This document shows positions 45,013-57,350 of a DNA stretch of 64,000 nt, piece by piece (position 1 is the first letter of the stretch; each line of letters starts with the position of its first letter). Under the pieces are notes generated by a model. It worked only from the letters and a program-made list of their open reading frames with translations. It made no database searches and was not told the origin of the DNA. Origin of the DNA: Octopus vulgaris (lineage: Eukaryota); NCBI GenBank assembly GCA_951406725.2, contig OX597840.1:33542001-33606000 (forward strand), given 5' to 3'. A program made the translations under genes and the position numbers.

Positions 45013-45459
45013 CAAACCGGGGCCGGGGACGAAGGACCCTGTCACAGAACCTTCCACTCTTGTTCTCCGTTCAGACCAGACCTAGATTAGCTTTTCCTTT
45101 TGCCAACTTTTAATATCGATTGCATAAACATCAATCAGACCCTGAGGTCGATATGATTTACACTTGAAGCCCACTCCGGACTAAAAACTCTATTGAAGTC
45201 TCATCCGACCAGTTGTCACTTTAGATCAGTGGATCCCAAAGTCTTTCTGACTGCCGGCCCTTTGGCATCCCGAGCGTCCCCTCTCCACACACCCTCACCA
45301 TTCAAATTCAAAACAGCTGTATTTCTCGAATAAAACTTAACCTAATTAGGAGTGGCTGCGTGGCACCTTGGGCAAGTGTCTTCTACTATAGCATTGGGCC
45401 GACCAAAGCCTTGTGAGTGGATTTAGTAGACGGAAACTGAAAGAAGCCTGTCGTATATA

Positions 45460-45572
<113 letters not shown>

Positions 45573-46120
45573 TTGTGTGTCTGTGTTTGTCTCCCCAACA
45601 TCGCTTGACAACCGATGCTGGTGTGTTTACGTCGCCGTAACTTAGCGGTTAGGCAAAAGAGAGCGATAGGACAAGTACTAGGCTTACAAAGAATAAGTCC
45701 AGGAGTCGATTTGCTCGACTAAAGGTGGTGCTCCAGCATGGCCACAGTCAAATGACTGAAACAAGTAAAACACATACGCCACAGAAACCGGGAAATCGGG
45801 CCCATGAGCTTGGCTAGGCTTGAAAAGGGCGCAATGGCCCAGTGGCTAGGGCAGCGGACTCGCCGTCACAGGATTTAGGTTTCGATTCCCTGACCGGGTG
45901 TTATGTGTATTTATTGAGCAAAAACGCCTAAAAATTCCGGGGGGCGGGAGACCCTGTTGTACTCTTTCGCCACAACTTTCTCTCACTCTCTCTTCATGTT
46001 TCTTGGGTAACGCTGCGATGGAACACATACGCCACGGAAACCGGGAAACCGGGCCCATGAGCCTGGCATGGCATGAAAAGGGCAAAAGAAAGATTCCCAG
46101 AATATCTTCTTGAAGATTAA

Positions 46121-46815
46121 TCTTTATATATAAAAGTCAAGTTGTGTGTCTGTCTCCTACGATTTAGATTCCTAACTACTCCCACATTTTGCGGTACAGT
46201 TTAACCAAAAGCGGGTACCTTATAGTCGGGATTCATATCGAGCCCTTCTGGGTACTAGCGCGCGTCTACGATGAGTCTACGATTTTAAAAATAATTTACC
46301 ATAATTTTTTTCCATTTTGATGCATTTTTTCGCTATTATATAAGGGAAGTAACTCTTTAAAAATGTCTACGATGAGTCAACGATTAAAAAAAAAAATTAC
46401 CATCATTTTTTTCCATTTTAATGCATTTTTTCGCTATTATATAAGGGAAGTAACTCTTTAAAAATGTCTACGATGAGTCAACGATTTAAAAAAAATTTAC
46501 CATCATTTTTTCCATTTTAATGCATTTTTTCGCTATTATATAAGGGAAGTAACTCTCTAAAAATGTCTACGATGTGTCAACGATTTAAAAAAAATTACCA
46601 TCATTTTTTTCCCATTTTAATGCATTTTTTCGCTATTATATAAGGGAAGTAACTCTCTAAAATGTCTACGATGAGTCAACGATTTTTAAAAAAATTTACC
46701 ATAATTTTTTTCCATTTTTAATGCATTTTTTGCTAGTTTTTGGCTATAACTCTCTAAAAATGCTTATATAGTTATTTCCCTTACAAACCCGAGCAACGCC
46801 GGGCGATACTGCTAG
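46121..46815 (+). mobile_element. Non-autonomous Helitron with an internal ~100-bp tandem array
   Basis: TC...cccgagcaacgccggg...CTAG ends, with about 5 units starting gtctacgatg at 46365, 46466, 46565 and 46664. Confidence 0.85.
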
Positions 46816-46867
46816 TAAGAAATAAGAGAAAAAACAAAGAGAGACGAAGGATGTCGCCGACCTTTTT

Positions 46868-46898
<31 letters not shown>

Positions 46899-46907
46899 CT
46901 GGTTCCG

Positions 46908-47163
46908 TTAGGTTGTTGGAATATTCCTTTCGGTTATCTCCCGCTTGTCCACATTCTCTTTTCCGAGGAATTTCAACAATTCGAAATAGGAAAACACGAA
47001 AGCCCGGGTGATCGTCTGACCCTGCATCAACCCGATTGATTCGGCGTGAAGGGTCTGGGTAAAACGCAACCTCTCTTCCAGTTCTGCCAGGCGGCGGGCT
47101 TTGTCGTGGGCCAATTGCATCGCTTCCTGCATTATTTCTTTGGCTTCTTGCTCCATTCGTAAT
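46908..47163 (-). CDS. Terminal coding exon of a coiled-coil protein, probable KIAA2012 homolog
   Basis: Acceptor tttcag at 47164+, phase 2 matching the upstream exon. Encodes [16 protein letters not shown]...[19 protein letters not shown]...stop. The [10 protein letters not shown] motif resembles the KIAA2012 C-terminus (from memory). Confidence 0.8.
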
Positions 47164-47251
47164 CTGAAAGGAAATTATGTATGTATATATATATATACGT
47201 TTAAATATTTGTTGTGCAAGATTTTTTATGTGAAATCGTGTGTTGAAATAT

Positions 47252-47399
<148 letters not shown>

Positions 47400-47478
47400 T
47401 ATATATGTATGTATTGGCTTATGTTTTTCACTGTTTGATTTGCCTAATAGTGGTTTTATCTCTAATTTAATATAATAT

Positions 47479-47547
<69 letters not shown>

Positions 47548-47771
47548 GTATATATAATCGGCTTTCCCCGATTTCAGTTCTTCGTGTTTTTTTCTGTAGC
47601 GAGTAAATAATATGTGGAAATTGACGATTTAATAGTCTGTTATCAGCATATTGGCATTGAAATAATTTTCTTTTGCCCTTATTTATAAGTTGTTTATAAT
47701 TTTAACCGTAAAGGTATTTCAATATGCTGCCACATTTTTTGATGGAATTTTTTCTGTAAAAAAACTTCATC

Positions 47772-47829
<58 letters not shown>

Positions 47830-47919
47830 TGTATAATTTTTTACCGAATATGGTCCTTTTCCATACTGAAATACAACTAGGTGAAATTTGTTGATTTTCT
47901 TAAATTAATTATCTTTCAC

Positions 47920-48030
<111 letters not shown>

Positions 48031-48325
48031 GTGTGTGTGTATGTATGTATATATACATACATACATATATATAGAGAGAGAGATCAAAGAGGTAAAATGA
48101 TCCCATCAACTTTAAACGGAGTCTGGATTGATTCCTTCAAGGAATACCAGATAAGCCACCCATAATTGGATACAACTCACCCAACAAAAACTCACTACTT
48201 GAATGGTCCATAAACAAAACTTGACTTAAACAGGATTTAGATAATCCTTTCAGGTGGTGCTATTAAGTTAGACATGGCCTGGACCAATCTTTGGTCGAAA
48301 CATATCTAAGTTTTATCTAAGTTTT

Positions 48326-48358
<33 letters not shown>

Positions 48359-48408
48359 AAATGAAGAAAATGCTATATTATAATTAAGTAATTTAATTAG
48401 GTGAAAGC

Positions 48409-48474
<66 letters not shown>

Positions 48475-48684
48475 TCAATATAGGGTGGCAAAAATTTTAT
48501 TTGCCACCAGCGGCCTAGTGGGAAAAAATTAAATAGTCATAGACCATTTATAAGTTCAACATCACAATCAAGGAATGGCCATAATAGGCCATTCACCCAC
48601 TAGAAATAACAGCCAAAGCTTCAACCGCAAAATAACATCAATTCCGCAAACCAGGAGAAAATTAAAAAAACATTTACCCTGTAA

Positions 48685-48790
48685 TTTCTTATACGATGCA
48701 CCGTTTCATCTATTGTTTCAATGGTAAACTAACCTGATTAAATTAAATCAAGCCAATCTTCCATAGGCCGATAGATTCGTCAGTAAGAAA
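48685..48790 (-). ncRNA. Type I hammerhead ribozyme, canonical core, extended stem II
   Basis: TTTCTTA-CTGACGA-ATCTAT[long hairpin]ATAGAT-GAAA-CGGTGCATCG-TA-TAAGAAA. Stem I is 7 bp and the cleavage triplet is GUA. Confidence 0.85.
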
Positions 48791-49009
48791 CAGCCAAGAT
48801 CCGAGCAGATATTATCACGAGGCATCTCTATCCCTGCCTCGGCAATATCTGACCTAAAATTTTCAAATCATCGCACTCGCGCCAAATTTATCGGCAGCAA
48901 ATATAAGCCGCCGATTCCATTACGGAATTAACCAGAAAATTCATAATTAATCAATATAGGGTGGCAAAAAATTTCGTAGAATTTATTTGCCACATATATA
49001 TATATATAC

Positions 49010-49104
<95 letters not shown>

Positions 49105-49146
49105 CATATATATCTATATATGTGTTTGTGTGTGTGTGTGTTTTAC

Positions 49147-49297
49147 CTTTTCGCTTCCTCTTCAAGAATTCGTCGCTCTTCCTCTTCTGCCTTCTTCCGT
49201 TCGTACTCTTGACGTTCCTGAACCGCCATCGCTGCCAATCTCTCTTGCTCAGCTTTGCGAAATTCTTCCTCCTCCTGTCGCTGCTGTATCAGCATCT
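49147..49297 (-). CDS. Internal exon of the KIAA2012-like gene (E/R-rich coiled coil)
   Basis: cctaaacag acceptor and GTAAAA donor, 151 nt, phase 1 to 2. Encodes [43 protein letters not shown]. Confidence 0.85.
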
Positions 49298-49319
49298 CTG
49301 TTTAGGAAAAATAACCTCA

Positions 49320-49680
49320 GTTAGTTAGTTAGTTAATTTTTGCTCAAAAGCAAAAAGCAAGGCCATGTAGGGGGACATGGAATTAAGTACAGGGTGGTGT
49401 TCATGTAAAGAGTTCAGGCCACTTGATGTCAAGGGAGACTTTGAACAAAGCGGTCGTCGGCATCTTCACCATCTCGTCTGGCAGCTTGTTCCACGGATCC
49501 GCAACCCGGACGGAGAAAGCTCCTCTCCTTCGAAATCGTCGCAGGTAGAGCTTTTCGGAATGACCCCGCAGCCGACGCTCTGGAGCAGGAGTGAAGAACA
49601 GCTCTTTCGAGAGGTTGCACTTTCTGCTTATGATGTGAGCGAGAATGAGATCACCACGGCGGCGGCGTTTTTCTAGAGTA
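49320..49680 (-). mobile_element. CR1-like LINE 3' end
   Basis: LEKRRRRGDLI...LRGHSEKL...FSVRVADPWNKLP...FKVSLD, followed by a 3' UTR and an (AACT)n tail. Confidence 0.8.
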
Positions 49681-50339
49681 AATGACCGTACGTGTGCATA
49701 CAACACAGATACGTTGCTATGCACGCGCACACATACATACATGTATACAGACAGACAGACATGCGTATTCTTTTGTCGTCTGCTTGTTTCAGTCTTTTTA
49801 CTGCGGCCATGCTGGAGCACCGTATTGAAGAAATTGTAGGCGAATTAATCGACCCTAGTACTTTAGTTTTTCACTCGATCTCAGTTCGCCGAACCGCTAA
49901 GTTACGGGGACATAAACACACGAGCACTGGTTATCAAGCGGTAGTGTGGAACAAACGCAGACATACACAAAAAAAATACACACACGCACACATATATATG
50001 TATATATATACGTCGGGATTCTTTCAGTTTCTGTTTACAAAATCCACTCACAAGGCTTTGGTCAACACTTGTCCAAGGTGCCATGCAGTGATCTGAACTT
50101 CGAACCATGTGGTTAGGAAGCAAGCTTCTTACCACCCAGCCCCACCTGCACCTAAGTATATATTCACTATTACCTATATTTATTAATTTATTATTAAATC
50201 CATTTATACCTATCAGAGAATAGTTTTTCATTCTCACTAATATTTTCTCCTGCATACAAGTTACTACAGCCAAATACCAGACTGTATTCGAATCGAATTA
50301 AGCGAATCGGATATTTAAGAATGAGGTACTTTTTGACAA

Positions 50340-50442
50340 ATTACCTGAAGAAGCACATCTACACCGAATGCAGTACAACTATTCGTACAGAATCTCACCT
50401 GCGAGGTACGAATGCAAGATGGGTCGAAACGATCGTAGTGAT
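50340..50442 (+). ncRNA. Type I hammerhead-like motif with a large stem II insertion
   Basis: ATTAC-CTGAAGA-[~74 nt including CATCT/AGATG and ATTCGTAC/GTACGAAT]-GAAA-CGATCG-TA-GTGAT. Confidence 0.65.
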
Positions 50443-50465
50443 TAATAGAGAAACTCTTGAGTTCC

Positions 50466-50558
<93 letters not shown>

Positions 50559-50987
50559 TGTTTCTTTGTTAGCTACACAGGGCTGCACACAGACGGGACA
50601 AATTACAAGGTAGAGCTTTTCTGTTGGGGATAAAAAAAAATGGGGTTTGGTTTTCGATCAAAAGGGATCGTAAAAAGAAAGGAGTAAATAAAAAAAGGGG
50701 GGAAGGGAAATAAAATAAAAGGAAAAAGAAAAAATCGATCAATAGGGATCGTTATCAAAGAAATGTCAATATAAAGGGTAAAGGGGAGGACAGGTGAGGT
50801 TTACCCGTGGAAAGAAAAGCCTACGGAAAAGACCACGGTAACCTCGGTCAATGAAGTCACGTTATATTTTTTACAAAAGATAGATAGATAGGCTGATGGA
50901 TAGATAGAGACACACCGACATGTGTCCGTCTGTCTTGCTAGATAATCAACGTACAGGTAGGTACCCAAGTAAATAGTTGCAACGTAC

Positions 50988-51160
50988 CCTGGCGGCGGCG
51001 TTCTTCGTCCATTTGCTTCATTTTCAACTGAAGAATCTTCCTTGCATGTTCTTCCTTTCTCTTCTTCTCTGCCTCCGCCTCTTGAACCCTCCGCCGCTCC
51101 AATTCCTCCTCTTCTGCTTCCTTCCGTCGTCGTTCCTCTTCCATCTGTTGTCTATGTAAC
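50988..51160 (-). CDS. Internal exon of the KIAA2012-like gene
   Basis: ttctaag acceptor and GTACGT donor, 173 nt, phase 2 to 1. Encodes LHRQQMEEERRRKEAEEEELERRR...DEERRRQ. Confidence 0.85.
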
Positions 51161-51377
51161 CTTAGAACATCAACGACGGTTAAGAATGAAATGGTTATCA
51201 TATCGGATGTATTCTTATCATGTTATTGTCTTGTGTGCTCAACTTCTAATGGGGTAGTAGGGGCGCCGATTGACGTCGCGTACGGCATGTCTTAAAAGCT
51301 TTTTGAAATCTGTCGAAGACCATCTCGCTCTGCATATAGCTTCAGCAGAGTTCTTTGAGGAATAAGTGCTGTGTATA

Positions 51378-51417
<40 letters not shown>

Positions 51418-51418
51418 T

Positions 51419-51419
<1 letters not shown>

Positions 51420-51456
<37 letters not shown>

Positions 51457-51830
51457 CACAAACAGAGATAGACAGACAGGGACAGACAGAGACAGACAGA
51501 CAGACAGACAGACAGAGACAGAGACAGACAGACAGAGATAGGTAGACAGAGACAGACAGACAGACAGAGACAGACAGACAGAGATAGGCAGACAGGGACA
51601 GACAGAGACAGATAGACAGACAGAGATAGGTAGACAGAGATAGACAGACAGACAGAGACAGACAGACAGAGACACACAGACAGACAGACACACAGACAGA
51701 GACAGACAGACAGACAGACAGACAGAGATAGACAGACAGACAGACAGAAAGAGATAGACAGAGACAGACAGACAGACAGACAGAGACAGACAGACAGACA
51801 GAGATAGACAGACAGACAGACAGAGATAGA
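51420..51830. repeat. (GACA/GAGACA)n microsatellite, intronic
   Basis: Seen directly. Confidence 0.9.
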
Positions 51831-51870
51831 CTTTCAGAAGCTAAAAATCCTTCAAGATCTTCGTCCTTAC

Positions 51871-52085
51871 CTCGCTTCTTCCTCTTGTAATAAACGCTGG
51901 ACTTCCATTTCTTGGTGAATCCTCTCCTGGCGTTCGGCCGCTTCCTTTTCGCGCCGAATTTGCTCTTCTCTTTCGCGACGCTTCTTTTCCACCATCTCCC
52001 GACGTTTCAGCGCTCGAGCCCTCCTTTCGGCGGCCCGGGCCTCTTTCAGGGAAATTGTATTCGGCGGAACCTTATTATCGGTTGG
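51871..52085 (-). CDS. Internal exon of the KIAA2012-like gene
   Basis: atcgcag acceptor and GTAAGG donor, 215 nt, phase 0 to 2. Encodes [42 protein letters not shown]. Confidence 0.8.
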
Positions 52086-52339
52086 CTGCGATTGGTTTAG
52101 TTAAGTAGATAAGAGCGGTGGTGTGAGGTAGTGAGGGAGAAAAAGATAAGGTAATTGTAAATTCGGCTACATTTGTGTTTAAGACAAGAGGAGGAGGAAA
52201 AGGGAAAAGGGCAACGACGAGAAAAAGAAGAAGAGAGAAGCAGAAATAAAAGGAGCGGAAGAGAGAAAAGGAACGAAGATGAAAAAGGATGAAAAGGTAA
52301 AAAAAGTGAAAGAAGTAAATGAAAGAGGAAGAGGACGAG

Positions 52340-52456
52340 GCGGAAGAGGAGGAAGAAGGAGAAGGAGGAGAAGAAGAAGAAGAAGAAGAAGAAGAAGAAG
52401 AAGAAGAAGAAGAAGAAGAAGAAAGATAGGAGGAGGCGGAGAAGAAGAAGAAGGAG

Positions 52457-52488
<32 letters not shown>

Positions 52489-52620
52489 GAAAAGAGGAGG
52501 AGGAGGAGGAGGAGGAGAAGAAGGAGAAGAAGAAGAAAAAGAAGAAGAAGGAGAAGAAGAAGAAGAAGAAGAAGAAGAAGAAGAAGAAGAAGAAGAAGAA
52601 GAAGAAGAAGAAGAAGAAGA
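52340..52620. repeat. (GAA)n microsatellite, intronic
   Basis: Seen directly. Confidence 0.9.
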
Positions 52621-52761
52621 AATGAATCTGAAAATTAACTGCGATTCCTTCGATCCACATAATTCTGTTCGATCAAAGTTGACTTGAGTATTAAACAACA
52701 GCAACAACAACACAGCAAGCATTGTAAAATTAAAAGATAAAAAAAAACATACAAATCTCAC

Positions 52762-53103
52762 CTCTGTACAATCACGTGACATGTCGGCTGCAGCCATTTT
52801 CCCTGCTTGCGAGGTCAAAATTCGCTTCAGTTCATTTTTTATCTGCACCTCATCCTGAAGATCTAACGACGAGGATTTAGATTTTGAAGAAATTTCCACC
52901 GTCCCATTAACCTCTTGCTGTTGTTGCAGAAACTGTTGGTGTTGGTGTTTGTGATGCTCTCCCTTTCCCCCTCTTCCATTTTCTCCTCCCTCTATTAATA
53001 TGTCGTCGTCTGCCTTTCGATATCCACCATCTTCTTCATCCGTATCGTATGTAGTTTCTTCACCTCCTTGTTTTCCTTCGTCGTATTCCATTGTTTGTTC
53101 TCC
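52762..53103 (-). CDS. Internal exon of the KIAA2012-like gene (acidic/low complexity)
   Basis: ttttcag acceptor and GTGAGA donor, 342 nt, phase 0 to 0. Encodes GEQTMEYDEGKQ...MSRDCTE. Confidence 0.8.
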
Positions 53104-53366
53104 CTGAAAATATTCAATGAAAATAGTTCATTTTATGCGTATAAAAAAAACAACAAAATACTTGCGCAGACGACCGTTGAGTATTTTTTCCAACATACAC
53201 ACGCAAACATACGTATATACATACACACATACATACACACTCACATGTATACAAAGCACATAGACACACATACAAACGTATAAAGCACATGCACATATAT
53301 ACATGTGTACATGCGTACAAACATATATACATACATGCACACATATATACATGCGTACATACATAC

Positions 53367-53405
<39 letters not shown>

Positions 53406-53744
53406 CAAACATACATACATACATGCAATCATCTCACTAGAGTACATGCGTACATATATACATATATATACATATATTCATAGTTACAAAGTACATACTT
53501 ACATATTTACATACACACATAATACACATATACATACTTGCATGCATGCACATACATACACTTACAGACAGACAGACGTGGATGTGTGGTAAGAAGCTTG
53601 GTTCCCAATCACATGGTTCCGGGTTCAGTCCTACTGCGTGTCACCTTGGGCAAGTATCTTCTAGTGTAACCTGAGCCGACCAAAGCCTTGTGAGCGGATT
53701 TGGTAGACGGAAACTGAAAGAAGTCCGTCGTATATATGTATATA

Positions 53745-53816
<72 letters not shown>

Positions 53817-54121
53817 TAATTTAGGGTATCTGAGAGATACCACCACGCTGAACATATAGCAGTCAAAACCTGGACACTAAAGCCACATTAAATGTTCATA
53901 CAGCACAAGGGGAGAAGACAAAAGGACAAAATAAACTAGCAAAAATTACTGGATAATTCTGGCTTTAGAGTCAGGTTTTGACTGCTATTTCAGCGTGGTG
54001 GTATCTCTCAGTTATCCTAAATTTTAATTTTGGATAATTATTACCATTGAAAGGTTTTTATTCCTATGCTGGCCACTTGATAAGATCGATATTGAAATAT
54101 CGATCTTATCCTTATTTATAA

Positions 54122-54174
<53 letters not shown>

Positions 54175-54177
<3 letters not shown>

Positions 54178-54803
54178 CAGTATCGCCCGGCGTTGCTCAG
54201 GTTTGTAAGGGAAATAACTATAAAGCATTTTTAGAGAGTTATAGCCAAAAAATAGCAAAAAAATGGAAAAAAAATGATGGTAAATTTTTTTTGAGAGTTA
54301 AAAAAGGTGGAGTTGCGTCCCCTAGACGGTCTGTGGTTTTGGGTTTCTGATTCTCGACCCCATGTCGAATTTAGCGATTTTTTTCAGAACTGGGGGAACT
54401 TTTCAAAATTTTCGCTGCGTTAGTTTTGAATTATGACATTGGGCTATGTGTGTGTCAAGTTTCATCAGAATCGGTTGAAAGCCGTGGTCAGGGTGAGGGT
54501 ACAAGCAAACGGACACACAGACACACACACAGACAAACTGCCGTTTATATATAGAGAGATTTCAGAACTGGGGGAACTTTTCAAAATTTTCGCTGCGTTA
54601 GTTTTGAATTATGACATTGGGCTATGTGTGTGTCAAGTTTCATCAGAATCGGTTGAAAGCCGTGGTCAGGGTGAGGGTACAAGCAAACAGATGCGTGTGT
54701 CAAGTTTCATCAGAATCGGTTGAAAGCCGTGGTCAGGGTGAGGGTACGAGAAAACAGACACACAGAAAACGCACAGACAAACTGCCGTTTATATAGAGAG
54801 AGA
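54175..54803 (-). mobile_element. Non-autonomous Helitron with internal duplications
   Basis: The 3' end tagcagtatcgcccggcgttgctc is the reverse complement of the Helitron end above. The block 54383-54560 is repeated downstream. Confidence 0.7.
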
Positions 54804-55170
54804 TATATATATAATATAATTCGAGACAAAACCACCATTTTAAAAAGAAAACAAGGAAAGACTTAATCAATACATAAAATTTTAATATAAATTAAATAAA
54901 CCGCCACTACAAATGTTTCATGTCTGTTTTTTGCTTGTTGTTTTTTGGTTTTTGTACATTTTTAAATATGAGAACTTTTATAATAGGTTTTTATATTCAA
55001 TTGTTTATAGGGTTTATTTTAGATTATTTTAGATTATATATTGATTATATATAGATTATATATAGATTATATTTTTAATTTTATATTCTTTCATTGATAA
55101 TTTTATTATTTTATTATTTTAAATTATTTTAAATTATCTTTTAAAATATTGATATTTTTAGATCGAAAAT

Positions 55171-55214
55171 CCACCCGAAGATTGTCGGTAGCAGACATGA
55201 AACATTTGTAGTGG
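55171..55214 (+). ncRNA. Type I hammerhead-like motif, U4C core variant
   Basis: CCAC-CCGAAGA-TTGTCggtagcaGACAT-GAAA-CATTTG-TA-GTGG. Confidence 0.65.
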
Positions 55215-55541
55215 CGGTTTATTTAATTTATATTAAAATTTTATGTATTGATTAAGTCTTTCCTTGTTTGGTTTTAAAATGGTGGTTTTGTCTCGAATTA
55301 TATTATATAATAATAGAAATATTAAAATTACTAAGTCTCTCTAAAAGAGAACAGCGGCAGCGTTCCCGGAAAATAATAGTTATCGCCATACTAATATGGC
55401 ATTCCTATAAAAATAAGAATAAAGCCGTCCGCTTATTAGCTCCATGAGGCCATCGCCTTAAGTTAGCTATTTGATACACAAACTGTATCCATATAACCTT
55501 CGAACAAGGGAGGTCAGTCGCTCCACACTACTTGACCGGCA

Positions 55542-55583
55542 GCTACAGACGCGTTTCGGGGTATTGCCCCTTTTCAATGCAGC
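55542..55583 (-). ncRNA. Minimal type I hammerhead ribozyme, U3:A8 variant (inverted twin)
   Basis: Exact reverse complement of 55835-55876. Confidence 0.75.
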
Positions 55584-55834
55584 GTAGCCAGCCAGTAGGT
55601 GTCGCTTCCGACAATCTCTGTTCGATGGTTTTATTTACCTAGTTTCGGTGGAATACATCCACTTGTTTTCAATAATAGAAATATTAAAATTACTAAGTCT
55701 CTCTAAAAGAGAACAGCGGCAGCGTTCCCGGAAAATATTCTATTATTGAAAACAAGTGGATGTATTCCACCGAAACTAGGTAAATAAAACCATCGAACAG
55801 AGATTGTCGGAAGCGACACCTACTGGCTGGCTAC

Positions 55835-55876
55835 GCTGCATTGAAAAGGGGCAATACCCCGAAACGCGTCTGTAGC
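55835..55876 (+). ncRNA. Minimal type I hammerhead ribozyme, U3:A8 core variant
   Basis: GCTGCA-TTGAAAA-GGGGcaataCCCC-GAAA-CGCG-TC-TGTAGC, with a palindromic stem III and a GUC site. Confidence 0.75.
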
Positions 55877-56194
55877 TGCCGGTCAAGTAGTGTGGAGCGA
55901 CTGACCTCCCTTGTTCGAAGGTTATATGGATACAGTTTGTGTATCAAATAGCTAACTTAAGGCGATGGCCTCATGGAGCTAGTAAGTGGACAGCTTTATT
56001 CTTATTTTTATAAGAATGCCATATTAGTATGGCGATAACTATTATATTATATAATATTTTACTATAAAATTGGATTTAACCCTAAATCTGATTTTTCCCT
56101 GTAATTTTGGATTCATTCCCTAATATTTATTATTATATATATATATATACTCATACATACAGCCATACATATACATACTTACATACATACATAC

Positions 56195-56307
<113 letters not shown>

Positions 56308-56396
56308 TGTGTACGTGTGTATGTATGTGTATATGTGTATTATACCTGCACAAACTGTTTACTAAGTTGATAAAAAGAATAAACTATTCTACTTAC

Positions 56397-56686
56397 CACT
56401 TCCTCGTTTTGTTTAAAATCTAGTTCTGTAGATCCAATTCCATCAACGTCAGATTCAATTAAGGTTTCAATTTCGTTATCTGAAATTCTGCTAAGCAAAC
56501 TTTTTTCTTTTCCTACGTTTATTGACGATTGCAAATGACTTGTAACCATCTCCACCATGTTAACGCTGGATTCTCTACGTGATTCATCATGGCGACTGAA
56601 TTGTGTTTCAGCAGACGATATATTTCTAATTCGCTTGTTCTTTGATTTCTTCTTCGATTTGTGGTGTTTCTTCGATTTTGCTTTGT
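56397..56686 (-). CDS. Internal exon of the KIAA2012-like gene
   Basis: cattttcag acceptor and GTAAGT donor, 290 nt, phase 1 to 0. Open frame KAKSKKHHKSKKKSKNKR...DFKQNEEV. Confidence 0.75.
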
Positions 56687-56824
56687 CTGAAAATGGATGG
56701 GATTATTTCGTAATTCTTCTGGCCGTCTGAATGTTTTCAAATTTTCTGAGCTGATGTAGTCTTGTGAAGCTATTGATGAAAATCGCATTCATTTTCTCTT
56801 GAAATTAATCATTCTTACTGACAA

Positions 56825-57350
56825 GCAATCCAGAGAAGATTCACAAAGAAGATTGTCTCTTTGCAACAGCTCAGCTACTGGGATAAGTTGAAACAGCTAA
56901 GATTCTACTCCCTGGAGAGAAGACGGGTGAGGTATGCAGTAATATATGTCTGGAAGATCCTGGAAGGAATTGTGCCAAATTTTGGCATTGGAAGCTACAC
57001 CAATGCTAGAACGGGACGACACTGCATAGTGCCAAAGACCCCAGCAATGCCATCACGCTTCAGGACCAGCTTCTGCAACAGCCTGGGTTTCAAGGGCCCA
57101 CAGCTTTTTAATATTCTCCCAAAGAGTCTGAGGAACTTGCACAAAGTAGATGTAGCGGTTTTTAAATCAAAGCTGGACATCTTCCTGTCAAGAGAACCTA
57201 CCTCATGGCAAAGGTGCAAATGAGGGTAGCTATATGAAACTCCATGCTTCACCAAGTGCCACATATTAGAGGAGGCTCATAGTAATAACAGTGTAGCAAA
57301 ACGGCAGAGCCCCAGCATGGCTACAGCTCTGAGCTGAAACTAGAGAAAAA
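56825..57350 (+). mobile_element. CR1-group LINE 3' end
   Basis: AIQRRFTK...LSYWDKLKQLRFYSLERRRVRY...GPQLFNILPKSLRN...FKSKLDIFL. Confidence 0.8.

Noticed and set aside
52075-52760. 3' part of the 338-aa ORF (poly-S/F)
   Set aside because: It is read-through into an intron (GAA)n tract past the donor at 52761.
56519-56788. 89-aa ORF suggesting a frameshift in the gene
   Set aside because: The true exon uses another frame that is open from the acceptor at 56686.
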